A DNA stretch of 64,000 nucleotides, taken from contig OZ037765.1 in NCBI GenBank assembly GCA_964035545.1, positions 20,150,995 to 20,214,994 of the forward strand, read 5' to 3'. The notes below the pieces were generated by a model that saw only the letters and a program-made list of their open reading frames with translations, searched no databases and was not told the DNA's origin. Positions 55,916-64,000 of the stretch are shown piece by piece; the first letter of the stretch is position 1, and every line of letters starts with the position of its first letter. Source of the stretch: Bugula neritina (Eukaryota > Animalia > Bryozoa). Both the position numbers and the translations under genes were made by a program.

Positions 55916-57902
55916 TAAATAAGCATATAAATAATCAATATAAATATCCGAATGTAATTTAAATTATAAATTGAGTTTATGAAAATGATTTTGATTATCA
56001 TTTATCATTGAGAATATCAATTTGAATTCCAATTAGTATTCCTATTACCACATGAATAAGAATATCACAGATAATTACTATTACTATTAGTATTACCATC
56101 AAATTGAATTTCATTTTCAATATGAATATAGTTATCATAACCATAATGATAATTGTTATCAATATAATCACAATTTAAATTATCATTATCAATATCTATT
56201 AATATGATACACTAAGTCTAATGACTAACTCGTACTGACACTCATAGTCATACCCATAGTAAAAGTTACTAGTTAGTGATACTGTCACTGTAACTGTAAG
56301 TCATAAGTGTAAGACTAAAAGTAAGAGTAATACTTACTAAGTATGAGTAATACTAATAGTAATACTAATACGGAGTCAGTAATACGTAATACTAATAGTA
56401 ATACTAATACTAATAGTAATAGTGATTCACTAATTCAGTAATTGTAATAACTGATACCAGATCAAGATGCTCATACTCATAGCCATACTCATACTGATAA
56501 GATAAAGATTAACTTCAAGTTTAAGGCTTAGACTACTGATACTGGTAGCCTATCAGTGAGACTGATAGCCATAGGCATAGCTATAACTATAACTATCAGT
56601 ATGAGTATCATTATGATTATCACTAGCCCTAGGTCTTCAACTTCAAACGTATACTATTACTATTAGTATTACTATAAGTATAATTACTATACTCATACTG
56701 ATACTTCGTCTTACCACAATTACTACTAGTAGTATTAGTAATAAAATAGTTCTGAAAATGAAGATTAACTAGCTTTAGCGTGAGCTCACTTCACGTTCAA
56801 CTAAATAAAGTAAATACCCTACGCGAGCACTATGACAATGGATGGTTCTTCCCCGTGCAGTTTCACAGTACACACATGGGCATTTAATGCTGAGCTATCA
56901 TAGATGTATTATTGCGCGCACGTGGTTGAAGTGATCACATTCACTGAAACTTGGCCCTTGGATTTTGAAAATCAGGAAGACGCCACAGCAACTTCTGTAT
57001 AATATAAATGTCGGTGTGCACCTCTCGGATTTAAATGCGCAAATTGTTGGACATGGGGAAACGCTACAATGTAAATTAGTGTAACAGCGCCACAACAAAA
57101 ATTGTTGCGACTGCATAAACAGAATTCGCGCCACCAATCAAGTACTGAAATCCTCTATCCCATTACATAATTATTATTATTATTATTGCTGATTATGTAA
57201 CTGCATATTTGTAACCCATTATGTTTGGTGTATGATTAACAACAGTATTAAGTTTGTTACATTCTGCTTGTATTGTCTGTACTCATGCCAACAAACACCA
57301 CGTTATGTACTTATTGTTATACTAATGTAACCCTTTGTTATATTTTAGAGATAGATTACGCACTACATTAAAGAGTTGTCATAACAATCTAACCCTGTGT
57401 GTAGCTCATCAACTTCTCACAAAAATAAACAATCTAAACAATATAATACTGGCAGGGATAAGCTTCTTGCAAATAATATTTATATGTAGTATGTGTTTGC
57501 ATTACTATATATGTATGGCATTATGCCATTATGCAATTGCCTACAGTTGGTTTGGGTACAATCTGCTAAGGCCATGCAGGACTGTACTTACCACTAGTTT
57601 GGGACCAAACTTATAATAATATGTACTCGGTTAATGTAGCTACATGACATGGTTAAAATAAACTTCTTGAAAAAGTATCTTTTTGGAGGATAGCAGTCTT
57701 TTGGTGACAACTTCTTAGAATTATGTTGCAGTCAGTAGTAGTAATAGTCATGAGTTATGATCTTGGCAACAGGTAGTAAAATTAAATAACAGTGCATAAT
57801 TAGGTATAGCAACTTAGTTTTGCCAAAGTTACAGGTATTGTTCACATCACTGCTTTGAGGAAAACAGATTCATGTTGTTTTGTATACAATACGAGTTCAG
57901 AG

Positions 57903-57993
57903 AGCAGTAATGGTTTAGTGGTTAGAGCACTGTCTTACCAAGCTCTATGTCATAGGATTGAATCTTGGCAGGGCTACTAGTAATGTCAGGAAG
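57903..57993 (+). mobile_element. tRNA-derived SINE head (truncated)
   Basis: A-box-like TGGTTTAGTGG and B-box-like GGATTGAATC, followed by TAGTAATGTCAGGAAG, which resembles TGGTGATGTTAGGAAG in the 58858 copy. Confidence 0.5.
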
Positions 57994-58619
57994 TTGCTTT
58001 TATATTATATTATATAATTTTAATTTTATCCGTAATACCTGAGCTCTTTCTGCTATATTGTTGCCTCAGCAGTAAAGTTATGTTATGAGCGACACATATC
58101 CATCAATGTTAAGAAGCACTTTTGTAGGTGATGCTATCTTCATTTAATATTTGTCTAGTAACTGAGATTTTATCATGTGTGTTCATATATATAGATATAT
58201 GGTAGCTGGCTCAGCAACTATCAATAGCCTTGCCTTGCTAACACCACTAATTATATCTGTTGCATACTACTCTTAAAACAAAGAATAATAATATAATTGG
58301 CTGTTTATTCAAAGTTTCATTCATGGACAACACTGGTCTCAGTCTTTACAAAATATTTATTTTCAACTTTGGCTGGAAAAATTCAGATTATACAATATGG
58401 TTGAAGACAATAATTCTGGAACTTTATTAAAGTTTTGAAATATTTTTTAGTTCAACAATTATTTATTCATCATATACATATAAAAATCACTAAATAATAC
58501 AGAAGTGAAGCCATTAAGTACACTGAGAAGGAAGATCCTTAGTTATTTAATACAATAGTTAACTGTATAATGTACAAGTTGGAATTCCCAGATATCAAGA
58601 CTTCTATCGTAGAGAAAGT

Positions 58620-63335
<4,716 letters not shown>

Positions 63336-63349
63336 CTGAATACATACAG

Positions 63350-63744
63350 GTATACGTCTGCATGCTCTCAGTAAAGTATACGTCTGCATACTCTCAGTAA
63401 AGTATACGTCTGCATACTCTCAGTAAAGTATATGGCTGAATACTCTCAGTAAAGTATACGGCTGAATACTCTCAGTAAAGTATACGTCTGCATACTCTCA
63501 GTAAAGTATACGGCTGAATACTCTCAGTAAAGTATACGGCTGAATACTCTCAGTAAAGTATACGTCTGCATACTCTCAGTAAAGTATACGTCTGCATACT
63601 CTCAGTAAAGTATATGGCTGAATACTCTCAGTAAAGTATACGTCTGCATACTCTCAGTAAAGTATACGTCTGCATACTCTCAGTAAAGTATACGTCTGCA
63701 TACTCTCAGTAAAGTATACGTCTGCATACTCCCAGTAAAGTATG
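63350..63744. repeat. 26-bp minisatellite (CTCTCAGTAAAGTATACGTCTGCATA) x ~15
   Basis: Units start every 26 bp from 63365 to 63729, in three sequence variants. Confidence 0.97.
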
Positions 63745-64000
63745 AAAATTTAATAATACTAAAAATAGGATTGCAAAACTAAAACAATAAATGTAGAGGT
63801 GATGTAGTGTAAATAAAAAAAAATGTCTGTGTATCCTCAGTAAAAGATGAAAATAAAATAGTACAAAAGTAAAAAATAATAGGAAATAGACAATAATAAG
63901 TTTAGAGATGCTGAGATGGAAATAAAAAACTTGTTCCAATGATGGAACATTATTTACTAAATTGTATATGCGAATATGAAATATACATTACATGACTACA

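Noticed and set aside
56818-57137. Upstream coding exon or ORF for vasa
   Set aside because: No ATG gives an open frame into the downstream exons, and the ATG at 54750 already gives a sensible N-terminus. It is probably 5'UTR or promoter.
57903-57978. Possible tRNA gene
   Set aside because: Acceptor and anticodon stems pair poorly, and the downstream sequence matches the SINE-like copy at 58858.
63350-63744. Regular ~26-bp repeats resembling a CRISPR array
   Set aside because: The units are contiguous with no unique spacers, there are no cas genes, and the context is a eukaryotic intron.

Overview
AT-rich, intron-containing animal DNA, most likely an invertebrate (inferred from the zinc-knuckle Vasa and the transposon types; species not determined). 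It holds seven spliced protein genes assembled by hand from GT-AG exons: the 3' part of ASPH (+), GW182/TNRC6 (+), eIF3L (-), class III eIF4E3 (+), Di-Ras (-), vasa/DDX4 (-) and the 3' part of TPR (-). Five of the seven control mRNA fate. Introns carry several DNA transposons with readable ends. The most striking is a 3.5-kb ISL2EU/Harbinger-like element with ~880-bp inverted arms, inserted 5 nt from a vasa splice acceptor, where it also creates a competing acceptor followed by an immediate stop. The others are a 5.3-kb and a 0.77-kb TTAA-flanked Kolobok-like element and a hAT derivative with a nested foldback MITE. LINE and SINE remnants and several micro- and minisatellites are also present. 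A 6-bp-periodic low-complexity sequence recurs just inside most candidate promoters. No CRISPR array, rRNA or convincing tRNA was seen. Family assignments come from recalled motifs, not database searches, and exon coordinates were read manually.
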